Source: an uncultured delta proteobacterium (lineage in GTDB: Bacteria; Myxococcota_A; Polyangia; Haliangiales; Haliangiaceae). Taken from it: a stretch of DNA of 64,000 nt. Shown one piece after another: positions 10,661-20,899 of this stretch. Every line of letters begins with the position of its first letter. Positions within the stretch are counted from its first letter, which is position 1. The notes under the pieces are model-generated. The model made no database searches. It was given only the letters and a program-made list of their open reading frames with translations, and was not told the origin of the DNA. A program made the position numbers and the translations under genes. The stretch is from contig CAWKDB010000010.1 of NCBI GenBank assembly GCA_963848295.1, positions 3,424,001-3,488,000 of the forward strand. Direction: 5' to 3'.

Positions 10661-12472
10661 ATGTCCGCGCCGTACGTCGAGGGTACTGACGGCGATTCGG
10701 CCGGCGAGCGGCCGCGCGGTCAACGCCGCCTCGCGGTGTTGTGGCGGCTGACCGCGCTGATCAGGCCGCACCGCGGGCGGTTCTTGCTCGCGCTCGTCAC
10801 GCTGGTCTTGGCCTCGGGGATCACGCTGGTCTATCCCCAGGCGGCGCGGTTCGCGATCGATTCGGGGTTGACCGAGGCGACGACCGAGAAGCTCGACTGG
10901 ATCGTGCTCGGGCTGTGCGGCTTGTTCGTGATCAACGGCTGCTTGATCTGGCTGCGCCACTACAGTGTGAGCTGGCTCGGCGAGCGAGTCGTCGCGGATC
11001 TGCGCGGGCTCGTCGTCGATCGGATCCTCACGCTGCCGCTCGGCTGGTTCTACGATCGGCGCTCGGGCGAGCTCGTCGGCAGGCTCGCGTCGGACGTCAC
11101 CGTGATCGAAGACGTCGTCGGCAGCGAGCTGTCGATGGCGACGCGCAACGCGGTGCAGATGCTCGGCTCGATCGTGATGTTGTTCGTGATCAACTGGCAG
11201 CTCACGCTCGAGATGCTCGCGATCGTTCCGCCGATCACGTTCGCGACCGTGTTCTTCGGCCGCAAGATCCGCGTGATGACCCGCGGCGTGCAAGACGAGC
11301 TCGCGAAGGTCTCGGGCGAGGTCCAGGAGTCGTTCGGCGCGATCGCGACCGTGCAGGCGTTCGTGCGCGAGGGCCACGAGGCGAAGCGTTATCGCGCCGG
11401 GGTCGAGGGCGCGTTTCGCAAGACGCTCGAGCTCGTGCGCTGGCGTGCGTCGTTCTTCGCGACCGCGTTGACGACCGGTTCGGCCGGGATCGCCGTCGTC
11501 GTGTGGCTCGGCGGCACCGCGCTCGTCCATCACCACATCAAGGCGGGCGAGCTGACGTCGTTCTTCTTCTACACGTTCATCGTGTCGGCGGCGATCGCGG
11601 ACTTGTCGGGGTTGTGGGGCTCGCTGCAGCGCGCCGCCGGTGCGACCGATCGGCTGTTCGCGGTGATCGACACCGTGCCCGAGATCCGCGATCCCGACGC
11701 ACCGCAGCCGTTGCCGGCGGGCGAGGGCGCGATCGCGTTCGAAGGCGTGACGTTCGCGTATCCCGCGCGGCGCGGCCAAGCGGTGCTGACCGACGTGGAT
11801 CTGACGATCCGCCCGGGCGAGGTGGTCGCGCTCGTCGGACCGTCGGGCGCGGGCAAGTCGACGATCCTGTCGCTGCTGTATCGGTTCTACGATGTCGATG
11901 CCGGCCGCGTGCTGTTCGAGGGCGTCGACATCCGCGAGCTGTCGCTGCGCGAGCTGCGCGGGGCGCTCGCGATGGTCGCGCAAGAACCGGTGCTGTTCAC
12001 CGGGACGGTTCGCGACAACATCGGCTACGCCCGCGACGGTGCGAGCCAAGCCGAGATCGAGCAAGCGGCGCGCGACGCGTATGCGCACGACTTCGTGACC
12101 GGATTTCCCGACGGGTACGACACGGTGATCGGCGAGCGCGGCACGAAGCTGTCGGGCGGCCAGAAGCAGCGGATCGCGCTCGCCCGCGCGTTGCTCGCGA
12201 ACCCACGCGTGTTGATCCTCGACGAGGCGACGTCGAACCTCGACGCCGAGAGCGAGGCGGCGGTGCAAGCCGCGCTCGCCCGGCTGATGAAGGGCCGGAC
12301 GACGATCGTCGTGGCCCATCGCCTCAGCACGGTGCGCGACGCCGACCGGATCGTCGTGATCGAGAACGCTCGCATCGTCGAGCAGGGGGCGCACGACGAG
12401 CTGATGGAGCGGCGCGGCACGTACCATCGGTTAGTCGAGCACCAGCTGATCAGCGACCGCGCAGCGTCGTAG
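10661..12472 (+). CDS. ABC transporter, fused permease/ATPase (MsbA-like)
   Basis: 6-TM domain, GPSGAGKST, LSGGQKQR, ILDEATS. Confidence 0.95.
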   Translation: MSAPYVEGTDGDSAGERPRGQRRLAVLWRLTALIRPHRGRFLLALVTLVLASGITLVYPQAARFAIDSGLTEATTEKLDWIVLGLCGLFVINGCLIWLRHYSVSWLGERVVADLRGLVVDRILTLPLGWFYDRRSGELVGRLASDVTVIEDVVGSELSMATRNAVQMLGSIVMLFVINWQLTLEMLAIVPPITFATVFFGRKIRVMTRGVQDELAKVSGEVQESFGAIATVQAFVREGHEAKRYRAGVEGAFRKTLELVRWRASFFATALTTGSAGIAVVVWLGGTALVHHHIKAGELTSFFFYTFIVSAAIADLSGLWGSLQRAAGATDRLFAVIDTVPEIRDPDAPQPLPAGEGAIAFEGVTFAYPARRGQAVLTDVDLTIRPGEVVALVGPSGAGKSTILSLLYRFYDVDAGRVLFEGVDIRELSLRELRGALAMVAQEPVLFTGTVRDNIGYARDGASQAEIEQAARDAYAHDFVTGFPDGYDTVIGERGTKLSGGQKQRIALARALLANPRVLILDEATSNLDAESEAAVQAALARLMKGRTTIVVAHRLSTVRDADRIVVIENARIVEQGAHDELMERRGTYHRLVEHQLISDRAAS

Positions 12473-12613
12473 ATTCTCCGACGGCGAGCCGGCGTTCACG
12501 CATGGCGAGGTACCCGGGTGGGTCGGCTAGCACCCCGGGGACCACGCGCGATCTTCGCGAACTCGCTAGCCCCGTCGACTCGGTAAGCTGGCTCGCTAGT
12601 CGCAATTTACCTG

Positions 12614-13321
12614 GTGATGCGCGCTGCCACGACCCGCCGAGACCGTCTCATCTCCACCCACATCGAGACCGTCCGCCGGATCGCGCTCCGGATCGCTCGT
12701 CGCTGCCCGGACTGGATCCAGCGCGACGACCTGATCTCGGCCGGCATGGTCGGCTTGGTCGAAGCGGCGGATCGGTTCGACGAGTCGCGCGCCGAGCCGT
12801 TCATCGCGTTCGCCGAGCGCCGGATCCGCGGCGCGATCATCGACGAGCTGCGCTGCGGCGACATGATGCCGCGCCGGGTCCGCAAGCTCGCGCGCAAGGT
12901 CGTACGCACGATCCGCGAGCTCACCCAGGAAAGCGGTCAGCCGCCGACCTCCGAGCGGATCGCGGCCGCGCTCGGCGTCACGATCGACGAGTACCACGAT
13001 CAGCTCGCGTTGCTCGCCGACTTCGCGGTGGGCTCGCTCGACGACGAGCTCGTGCGGATGCCGGTGAGCGGCACCGCGGCGCCCGATGTCGTGGCCGAGC
13101 GCAGCGAGGTGCTCGCGATGGTCGCGGCCGCACTCGACCAGCTCGAGCCGCGCGATCAGACGATCCTGAACCTCCACTTCATCGACGAGCTGACGTTCGC
13201 CGAGATCGGCCTCGTGCTGTCCGTGACGCAGTCGCGCGTGTGCCAGCTGATGTGGCGTGCGATCGATCGGCTGCGCCGGCACATCGGCCCGAGCGAGCAC
13301 TACGTCGCGCGCGCGGCGTAA
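12614..13321 (+). CDS. FliA/WhiG family sigma factor
   Basis: DDLISAGMVGLVEAADRFD, RIRGAIIDELR, EIGLVLSVTQSRVCQL. Confidence 0.9.
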   Translation: MMRAATTRRDRLISTHIETVRRIALRIARRCPDWIQRDDLISAGMVGLVEAADRFDESRAEPFIAFAERRIRGAIIDELRCGDMMPRRVRKLARKVVRTIRELTQESGQPPTSERIAAALGVTIDEYHDQLALLADFAVGSLDDELVRMPVSGTAAPDVVAERSEVLAMVAAALDQLEPRDQTILNLHFIDELTFAEIGLVLSVTQSRVCQLMWRAIDRLRRHIGPSEHYVARAA

Positions 13322-13327
13322 CCTGGC

Positions 13328-15238
13328 TCAGCTGCCGATCGCCGCGAGCACGATCGACGCGATCACCGCGACGAGCGCTTCACCCGCGATCAGCCCCGAT
13401 GCGAGCGGGACCATGTAGATGTCGGCGGTCGCCTTGCTCTTGCGCTCCCAGATGTAGCCGATGATGCCGCCGATGAACATCGTGAACACGACGTTGAACG
13501 TGACGAGGATGCCGATGCCGACCCCGGTCGGTGACGGTACCCACTTCTTGAGCTTCGGGTTCGCCTCGAGCACGGTGAACACGACGCCGAGCACCGAGAA
13601 GATGATCAGCGCGTAGAACGCGGAGGTCGGCAGACTGCTCGCGCCATCCTTGAGGATCGTCGCGAAGCCCGCCCACTTCGCCGAGATCGGCGAGTTCAGC
13701 TTCGGCGCGATCGTCGAGCCATCCGGCGCGATGCGATCGACGATGCCGTACGCCTTGCTCAGCGCCGGATACATCCACGACACCGCCGCGGCGCCGACGG
13801 GCACCGCGAGCAGCTGCATGATCGTGAGGTTGCGCGGCTTGGTGCCGATCACTTCGCCGCACTTGTAGTCCTGCATGATCGCTTCGGACGACGTCGCGAT
13901 CGTGCCGGTCGTGCCACTCGCGACCATGTTCGCGGCGATGTTGCCGGGCGCGAGTGCGGCGAACACGCCCTGCATCATGTTCGACAGCGCGCTGATCGGT
14001 CCCCAGTTGGTCTCGCCGAGCACGCGCAAGCCGACGAGCATCAGCGGCAGCGACAGCACGATCGCGGTGAGCGTCATCCACACCGGCATGGCGAGCAGCG
14101 ACGCTTGGATCACGCACAACGCGACCGCGGAGATCGCGACGCCGACGATCACGAACGACAGCGGCAGCTCGTCGCTGCCGATCTTCGCGTGGCGCAGGCT
14201 GCGGAACGTCTCGATCAAGATCCGCCAGCGCAACGCGAGCGCGGTGAGGCCGCCGGCGACGAGCATGCCGGTCGCCGGCCACATCACCCAGAGCAAGACG
14301 TCGTTCCTCGTCGGGGTCGGCCACGCGACGAGCACGTTCGTCGCCGTGTCGTGATGGATCGGCACTCCGTACTTCGTCAGGAAATACGGCGCGACGACCC
14401 ACGCGAGCACGCCGCCGATCATCATGCTGATGTTGATCCTCAAGCCGACGATCATCCCCGAGCCGATGCTGAGCAGGCTGAACGACGCGCCGACGCCGAT
14501 CTGGCCGAGGAACACGCCTTGCGGCGCGATCGTCAGCCAGCCGTTCGCGGTCTGGCCGAGCGAATCGAACCCGAGATAGGTCCACGACGGCGCCCACCCG
14601 CTCGGCAGGATCGAGATCCCGGGGATCTTCGTGTCTTCGGTGAAGATCATCAGCACGCCCGACATCGCGAGCCCGATCATGACCGCGCGAAACGCCGCGA
14701 GTGCGTTGCGCTTGACCTCGGCGCTCGCCGACTTCGGCGGATCGAGCACGGTGATCGTCTCGGCGGTCGCGAGCCCGTCGACGTACGGCAGCTTCTCGTC
14801 GACCACGAAGTGGCGACGCAACGGCACCGCGAGCAGCACACCGAGCGAGCACGCGGCGCTCAACCACAAGAACGACTTGATCGGCGTGAGCTCCATGCCG
14901 AAAATCTCCGGCCGGTTGTGGCGGAGGATCTCGAACGCTCCGAGCAACACGCACATGAACGCGGTCTGCGCCGCGCTCGTACCGGCCGCTTCGGCGAGGT
15001 TGTTCTGCCAGCGGTCGTAGCGCGAGCCGACCATGATCTGAAACAGCCGCAGGAACAGGAAGCCGAAGAACGCGGCGACGACCGACACGTTCGGTCCGAA
15101 GCCGAGCTTCAGCACCATGTACGGGTAGGACGCGCCCATGATCGCGGCGACCAGCAGGCCCGCGACGATCGTCGCGCCATCGAGGTGACCCTTGAGCTCG
15201 GTCGGATGCCCGTCGGGCACCACGGATTGTTCGGTCAC
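13328..15238 (-). CDS. OPT family oligopeptide transporter
   Basis: YMVLKLGFGP, LPYVDG.ATAE, GETNWGP, MQDYKCG, ASGLIAGE. Confidence 0.92.
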   Translation of the reverse strand: MTEQSVVPDGHPTELKGHLDGATIVAGLLVAAIMGASYPYMVLKLGFGPNVSVVAAFFGFLFLRLFQIMVGSRYDRWQNNLAEAAGTSAAQTAFMCVLLGAFEILRHNRPEIFGMELTPIKSFLWLSAACSLGVLLAVPLRRHFVVDEKLPYVDGLATAETITVLDPPKSASAEVKRNALAAFRAVMIGLAMSGVLMIFTEDTKIPGISILPSGWAPSWTYLGFDSLGQTANGWLTIAPQGVFLGQIGVGASFSLLSIGSGMIVGLRINISMMIGGVLAWVVAPYFLTKYGVPIHHDTATNVLVAWPTPTRNDVLLWVMWPATGMLVAGGLTALALRWRILIETFRSLRHAKIGSDELPLSFVIVGVAISAVALCVIQASLLAMPVWMTLTAIVLSLPLMLVGLRVLGETNWGPISALSNMMQGVFAALAPGNIAANMVASGTTGTIATSSEAIMQDYKCGEVIGTKPRNLTIMQLLAVPVGAAAVSWMYPALSKAYGIVDRIAPDGSTIAPKLNSPISAKWAGFATILKDGASSLPTSAFYALIIFSVLGVVFTVLEANPKLKKWVPSPTGVGIGILVTFNVVFTMFIGGIIGYIWERKSKATADIYMVPLASGLIAGEALVAVIASIVLAAIGS

Positions 15239-15281
15239 GGCGCGTGCATAACATGGGTGAGACCTTTGATAACGTGGAGCC

Positions 15282-16445
15282 ATGACGGACTTGCCCCACT
15301 CGCCAGCGTCGGCTGGCTCGTTCCGTATCGGGCTCCAGCTCGGTACGGCGACCGCCACGCTCGAGGGCATCACCGCGCGAGTGTTCGCCGGCCGCGACCC
15401 CGAGGCGTGTCAGCTCGCGTTCGCCGACCCGACGCTGTCTCGGCGTCACGCCGAGATCTACGTCGAGGGGGGTCAGGCGTTCGTGCGGGACCTCGGCTCC
15501 GCGAACGGCACGTGGGTCGACGGCGTTCATCTCGGCCACGAACCGGCGCCGCTGCATCCCGGCAGCCAGGTCTGGCTCGGGCAGATCCAGCTCGGCGTGA
15601 GCTGGAACGTCGACGGCACGGCGACGGTGATGGCGACCGACGTGCCCGAGCAGCTCAAGGCGATGATCGCGGCTCGCCAGCAACAGCAAGCCGCGCAGAT
15701 GCCGGCGACGCCGAGCACGTCGACCCCGACGCCGGCCGCGATGGCCTATCGCAAGCAAGGCAACAACTCGAACGGCGTGCTCCTGCTCGCGCTGCCGCAA
15801 GACACATTCTTCAACGGCGCGTACATCGACGGTTACGTCGAGTTCACGTCACTCGACAACCAGACGATCGCGTCGATCACGGTCGAGCTCGTCGAGTATC
15901 ACAAGAGCGGCGCGAAGACCGGTCATGTGTGGGACCGCTTCCTCGTCCGCCAGGGGCCGTGGCAGGCCGCGCACAACGACGTGTTGCCGTTGCCGTTCCA
16001 GCTGCGGGTGCCACCGGGCGTCGCGATGTCGAACCGCGACGTCAACTGGGAGATTCGCGGCAGCGTCGACATCAACTGGTCGTTCGATATTCACGACTCG
16101 ATCCCGATCACGATGCGCAACCAGGACATCGAACGGCTGCGCGACGGCCTCGGCGCGATGGACTTTCGCGTCATCGACATCACGACGACGGCGACCGGCC
16201 AGCACTTCGAGGGCAAGTTCGCTCCACCGGCGCAGGCCGCGGCCGCGATGGGCATCAACGAGATCGATCTGACGATCGAGTACCTCGGCGCAAACCTGAA
16301 GCTTCGCATGCTGCTCGACCGCAAGGGCTTGCACCACTCGCGCGCGATCGATCAGGTGTTCGAGCTCGGCCGGCTGCGCGCCGCGTCGCAAGCCGAGGTC
16401 AACGCGACGCTCGCGACGATGCTGCAGCAGCTCGAGCAGAAATAG
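15282..16445 (+). CDS. FHA domain + Spo0M/arrestin-like domain protein
   Basis: GR...SRRH...DLGSANGT (FHA). C-terminal LPFQLRVP...SVDINWSFD..D..PI...EGKFAP...EIDL resembles Spo0M. Confidence 0.75.
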   Translation: MTDLPHSPASAGSFRIGLQLGTATATLEGITARVFAGRDPEACQLAFADPTLSRRHAEIYVEGGQAFVRDLGSANGTWVDGVHLGHEPAPLHPGSQVWLGQIQLGVSWNVDGTATVMATDVPEQLKAMIAARQQQQAAQMPATPSTSTPTPAAMAYRKQGNNSNGVLLLALPQDTFFNGAYIDGYVEFTSLDNQTIASITVELVEYHKSGAKTGHVWDRFLVRQGPWQAAHNDVLPLPFQLRVPPGVAMSNRDVNWEIRGSVDINWSFDIHDSIPITMRNQDIERLRDGLGAMDFRVIDITTTATGQHFEGKFAPPAQAAAAMGINEIDLTIEYLGANLKLRMLLDRKGLHHSRAIDQVFELGRLRAASQAEVNATLATMLQQLEQK

Positions 16446-16504
16446 CCCGAGGCACGAACCGCGCCGAGCGCTCCCGCTCGACGCGCTGTTCGATCCTCGC
16501 CGCG

Positions 16505-18469
16505 CTACTTGTGCGGCGGCGGCTTCTTCTTCGCGTCCTCGTCAGCCTTCTTCTTGGCTGCCGCGTCGGCGTCGGCCTTCTTCTTGTCGTCGGCCGCTTT
16601 CTTCTTGTCCTCGTCGGCCTTCTTCTTGTCGTCGGCGGCCTTGGCCTTCGCCTCGTCCTGCTTCTTCTTGTTTTCGTCCGCCTTGATCCGGGCGTCGTCC
16701 GCCTTCTTCTTGTCGGCGTCGGCTTTCTTCTGCTCTGCGTCGTGCTTCTTCTGATCCTCGGCGGCCTTCTTGGTCTCGGCGTCCTTCTTCTTCTGATCCT
16801 CGGCGGCCTTCTTCTGCTCTTCCTGCTGCTTCTTCTGCTCTTCGGCCGCGTGCTTCTTGTCGTCGGCGGCCTTCTTCTTGTCTTCGTCGGCCTTGAGCTT
16901 GGCCGCCTCGGCGTCCTTCTTCTTCTGGTCCGCGTCGGCCTTCCTCTTGTCGGCGTCGGCTTTCTTCTGGTCTTCAGCGGCGTGCTTCTTGTCCTCGTCC
17001 GCCTTCTTCCTGTCTTCGGCGGCCTTTTTCTTGTCTTCGTCCGCCTTCTTCCTGTCCTCGGCGGCCTTGAGCTTCGCGGCCTCGGCGTCGTGCTTCTTCT
17101 GCTCGGCGGCCTCGCGCTTCTGCTCCTCGGCGGCGTGCTTGCGATCCTCTTCGCCCTTCTTGCGCGCCTCGTCTTCTTGCTGCTTGTGCCGCTCGTCGTC
17201 GAGCGCCTTTCTCTCGGCCTCGTGCTTCGCCTTGTCCTGCTCGAACCGCTTCGCGGCCTCTTCCTGCCGCTTGTTGTCTTCGGCTTGATGCTTCGCTAGC
17301 TCTTCCTGTTGTTTCTTCGCCTCGTCGTTGCGGCGGCGCTGCTCGTCTTCCGCGCGCTTGCGGCGATCCTCGTCGATCTTGCGCTGCTGGTCCTCGAGCC
17401 GCTTGCGATCGGCGTCGGTCCTCGCGTTGCGTTGCTGCTCTTGCAGCTGGCGCCGCTGGTTCGCGAGCCGACGCGCCTCGTCGTTGCGACGCCTCTGCTC
17501 GGCGTCGTCGCGGCGCCGCTGGTCGTCGAGCTGGCGTTGGATCTGCGCGTCTTGGTGGCGGCGCTCGTCCCATTCTTTCTGGCGCGCATGAGCACGGGCC
17601 TCGGCGTCGCGCCGCTCCTGCGCTTGCATTCGCCCGAGCTCGCTCGCTTCGAGCCGCTCGCGTTGGGTGTTGATCCGTTGGCGGCGCAGCCACTCGTCGT
17701 TCGGTCCGGCGACCCACTGATCGCTCTTGTAATGGTTGTAGCGATAGATCGGCGTCGTCGAATCGATGTAGTGGCGATAATCGCGGTTGATCAAGTGGTG
17801 ACCGAGATCGGCGTCCACGAGATCGGGACCGGCGACGATCCGCCAGCTATCGTCGGGGATATACGCCGCGCTGGTAAAGCCGATCGGCGCCCAGGCGACG
17901 TAGCCGTCGCTGATCCGCCACTGGACCCACGCGGGGCCCCACGTCGTGTCGGGCTTCCACACCCAGCGGTTCGCCCACACCCAACGGCCGTAGTGATCGG
18001 TCGCGTAGCCCCACGGGTCGGCCGACACCCACGTGAAGCCGTAGTCGCCGTTGACCCAATGACCGTTCGTGTAGGGCTGATAGTTCGGCGTCGGCGGCAC
18101 GAACACGTAGCCGTACGTCGGATCGTCGTACCATTCACCGTACGGATCGAGATCCGTATAGAACACGTCGACGCTCGGCACGTTTTGGCCGCTGACTTCG
18201 ACGGTTGCAGGTAGCTCGTCGACTTCCGGGTCGGAGTCGTACGAGACATCGACCGCCGGTGCCGGCGTTGGCGCCGCCACGGGTGCGGGCGCAGGCTCGG
18301 GTGCTACTGGCGCGGGCGCGACTGGAGCTGGCGCGGGCGTGACTGGAGCCGGCGCGGGCGCGACGTAGACCCTAGCGGGCGTGGTGGGCGCCGGCGCGGT
18401 GGTTACGGTGCAGCCCGCGAACAGCAGCGAGCACAGCGCGGAGCGGAACGAGATGGATCGGAAGAGCAT
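16505..18469 (-). CDS. DUF6600-type lipoprotein with very long charged helical tail
   Basis: Lipobox FAGC. LDPYGEW, PYTNGHW, PWGYATDHYGRW, WGPAWV, WAP motifs, then E/K/D/R/A-rich repeats. Confidence 0.85.
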   Translation of the reverse strand: MLFRSISFRSALCSLLFAGCTVTTAPAPTTPARVYVAPAPAPVTPAPAPVAPAPVAPEPAPAPVAAPTPAPAVDVSYDSDPEVDELPATVEVSGQNVPSVDVFYTDLDPYGEWYDDPTYGYVFVPPTPNYQPYTNGHWVNGDYGFTWVSADPWGYATDHYGRWVWANRWVWKPDTTWGPAWVQWRISDGYVAWAPIGFTSAAYIPDDSWRIVAGPDLVDADLGHHLINRDYRHYIDSTTPIYRYNHYKSDQWVAGPNDEWLRRQRINTQRERLEASELGRMQAQERRDAEARAHARQKEWDERRHQDAQIQRQLDDQRRRDDAEQRRRNDEARRLANQRRQLQEQQRNARTDADRKRLEDQQRKIDEDRRKRAEDEQRRRNDEAKKQQEELAKHQAEDNKRQEEAAKRFEQDKAKHEAERKALDDERHKQQEDEARKKGEEDRKHAAEEQKREAAEQKKHDAEAAKLKAAEDRKKADEDKKKAAEDRKKADEDKKHAAEDQKKADADKRKADADQKKKDAEAAKLKADEDKKKAADDKKHAAEEQKKQQEEQKKAAEDQKKKDAETKKAAEDQKKHDAEQKKADADKKKADDARIKADENKKKQDEAKAKAADDKKKADEDKKKAADDKKKADADAAAKKKADEDAKKKPPPHK

Positions 18470-18603
18470 GTGGCCTTTCGACGGTGACCGGCGCGCATCG
18501 GACGACCGCGACCGGCAGTAATTCACGACACCATAGACGAAATGCCCCGTGCGGACAGCGCGATTGGGGCTTGCAATTTGCAGTCGGAGATTTTCTGAGC
18601 TGG

Positions 18604-19143
18604 TCAGTTTCCGGCGGCGCGTTGTAGCTTCTTCGCGATCGTGAGGAGGCGTTGGTGAAGCCCGTGCGCCTGCTCGGCGATCTCGGCCAGCTCGGCGGTG
18701 CGGGCCTGGCCGGCGAGCTGCTCGGCGCGAGTCGATAGCGCCATCACCGTTTCGGCGACCGCGGCGGCATCGGTGTCTCCCGCCGGCGCCACGGTGGCGT
18801 TGAGTGCGCCGACCTCGCTCGCGATCGCGCCGAGTGCGGCCATCAGCTCGTTGATCTGTTGGTTGCGGGTCTGGACCTTCGGCGCGTGCTGGACGACCTG
18901 TTCGGCGAGCTGCTCTTGCACGCGGCGAGCACCGGCGAGCGCCTCGATCATCTGCTGCCCGGCCTGCTGTAGACGTTGCTCGCACGCGGCGAGCTCGCCG
19001 AGCGTTCCGTTCGCGCGCTCGACCTGCTTGAGCGTCTCGAGCGGCGTTCGCAGGAACAGCTCGCCGAGCCGGGCGTAGGTCGCGAGCTCGTGGTCGAACG
19101 CGCTCGCGGCGGTGACGAGCGCCGAAGACTCCGGCTTGGTCAT
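18604..19143 (-). CDS. Coiled-coil hypothetical protein
   Basis: Ala/Leu/Glu/Gln-rich heptads. Confidence 0.7.
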   Translation of the reverse strand: MTKPESSALVTAASAFDHELATYARLGELFLRTPLETLKQVERANGTLGELAACEQRLQQAGQQMIEALAGARRVQEQLAEQVVQHAPKVQTRNQQINELMAALGAIASEVGALNATVAPAGDTDAAAVAETVMALSTRAEQLAGQARTAELAEIAEQAHGLHQRLLTIAKKLQRAAGN

Positions 19144-19272
19144 GGCCGGACTCTAGCCGGCCGGCGTGCCGAATTGGCGGCTCGGTGCTCCGCCGCACGC
19201 CAGCGCGTCATCTTCTCGGCGAAGCGATCGCTTTCTTGCCCTGCTCGTCGAATCGCGCCAACACTTGGCCTC

Positions 19273-20169
19273 ATGCGCCCGCTCACCGTCTCGGCCATCC
19301 TCGCCACGGCGTTGCTCGGTAGTAGTGCCCACGCGGATGGCGACGGGCTCACCGATATTCTCGGCCCGCGCGAAATCGCGGTCGGCGAAGGCTTGCGCGG
19401 CGGCGCCACCGGCGAATCGGCGGTAGGCCTCAACCCGTCGGGCTTGCCGCTGAGCCGCGAGCTCGTGTTCGAAGGTGGCTACGGCTATCGCGGCGCCGAC
19501 GCGGCGTCGCTCGTCGGCGTCTCGGCGTGCGATTCGACGAATGCGTTGCCTGGCTGCTTCTTCTACAACTACGCGAGCACGAATCCCGACTCCGACGGGA
19601 TGAGCTTGCACAGCACGGCCCAGGTCGGCGGGCTCACGGTCGCGTACCCGATCACGCCTCGCGTGTTTCTCGGTACGACCGCGAAGTACTTCCACTACTC
19701 GACGGATCTGATGGGCCAGTCCAACTCGAGCGGGTTCTCGAACGACGTCGGCCTGACCGTGCGGATGACCGACATGGTCAGCCTCGGTGCAGCGGGCTAC
19801 AACATCCTCGGCGCGACGTCCGACGACTTTCCGCGCGCGTTCGGCACCGGCCTCGTCATCAAGCCGTTGCCGATCTTGCGACTCGGCTTCGATTCGCGCT
19901 GGAAGTTCGACGGTAGCGGCGGCACCCGCTACGGCGGCGGCGCGGAGCTGATGTTGAGCTCGGGCCAGATGGCGTTTCCGATTCGCGCCGGCGCGCTGCG
20001 CGATACCGCGCTCGAGGATACGTACTTGTCCGGCGGCCTCGGGGTCGCGACCGTGAACTTCAGCGTCGACGTCGCGGCGCGCTTCGCGGTGAGCGGACCG
20101 AAGGACACCGAGGTCATCGCGAGCTTGCGGTTCTTCGGGCCGCGCATGCCGGCGCCCGGCGTGAATTAG
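19273..20169 (+). CDS. Outer-membrane beta-barrel (PorV/FadL-like)
   Basis: Signal peptide, GPREIAVGE...LNPSGL N-terminus, alternating beta strands. Confidence 0.65.
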   Translation: MRPLTVSAILATALLGSSAHADGDGLTDILGPREIAVGEGLRGGATGESAVGLNPSGLPLSRELVFEGGYGYRGADAASLVGVSACDSTNALPGCFFYNYASTNPDSDGMSLHSTAQVGGLTVAYPITPRVFLGTTAKYFHYSTDLMGQSNSSGFSNDVGLTVRMTDMVSLGAAGYNILGATSDDFPRAFGTGLVIKPLPILRLGFDSRWKFDGSGGTRYGGGAELMLSSGQMAFPIRAGALRDTALEDTYLSGGLGVATVNFSVDVAARFAVSGPKDTEVIASLRFFGPRMPAPGVN

Positions 20170-20183
20170 CGGAGGACTAGCGG

Positions 20184-20585
20184 CTAGAACGCGGTCAGCG
20201 CGAGCCACAGCGCGCCGAGGTGGATCGCGTAGCCGATCGCGATCGCGATGGGCCATAGCACGGCGACGAGCATCATCGCTGCACCGTCGCCGATCGCGAG
20301 CGCGCGGCCGACGATCAGACCGGTCACTGCACCTCCGAGGGCGGTGCGCGCCAGGATCGCGAGCGGGGCGTGGTAGCCGAGCACAGCGACAATCGGGTCG
20401 GCGACCGCGAGTGCGCAGCCGCATAACAACGCGGGCAGCCAGCGGCGCGGCGTGCCGGCCGGCTCGTCGACATCCGCATCGCTGCCCCGGCTGCCGCGCA
20501 GCGAGTGGACGACGTCGGCAGCCACCAAGCCGCACACCACGACCAGCGGTCCGAACAGCCCGACGCCGAGGATCAGCTTGTTCAC
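20184..20585 (-). CDS. Small membrane protein
   Basis: About 4 hydrophobic segments; start uncertain. Confidence 0.5.
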   Translation of the reverse strand: MNKLILGVGLFGPLVVVCGLVAADVVHSLRGSRGSDADVDEPAGTPRRWLPALLCGCALAVADPIVAVLGYHAPLAILARTALGGAVTGLIVGRALAIGDGAAMMLVAVLWPIAIAIGYAIHLGALWLALTAF

Positions 20586-20601
20586 GTGGGTTGGATGCAA
20601 A

Positions 20602-20847
20602 CTAGCGGTGACCGCGTTGCTGCGTCCGGCATGAAGAAAACCGACCCCGAACCCACAATCCGAACAGCCCCTGACGCCACGATGGTTGGTTCCATGGATC
20701 GATTTGGGTGCAGATCTCGGTTCCGGGTGGTAGCCTCCCAGCCTTTCGCGGATCGCGGGTAAACGCACGCACCGCTTGACCACCGTGCACGAGCTGCCTC
20801 ACAAGCTGAGAACCGATGGTGCCGGTGGAACCGATGACTAGGATCAT
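20602..20847 (-). pseudogene. Truncated NmrA-like NAD(P)H-binding protein
   Basis: MILVIGSTGTIGSQLVRQL...VRAFTRDP (Rossmann start). Similarity is lost after ~47 aa. Divergent from MarR. Confidence 0.75.
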
Positions 20848-20899
20848 GGGGCGTTCCTATCGAGGGTCATCACCTGGCCGATGATTTGACCGTCAAACT

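Noticed and set aside
12473..12613. Intergenic regions examined for tRNA or riboswitch (also 18470-18603, 26503-26604)
   Set aside because: No recognisable tRNA arms or riboswitch consensus, only short hairpins
15431..15441. GACGCTGTCTC match to the REP-like core
   Set aside because: 11-bp match inside the FHA coding sequence without the rest of the motif; likely chance
14105..17299. Very long alternative ORFs (1064 aa here; also 10741-13464, 49378-52218, 45497-46612)
   Set aside because: Arg-rich or antisense shadows of real genes, expected in stop-poor high-GC DNA
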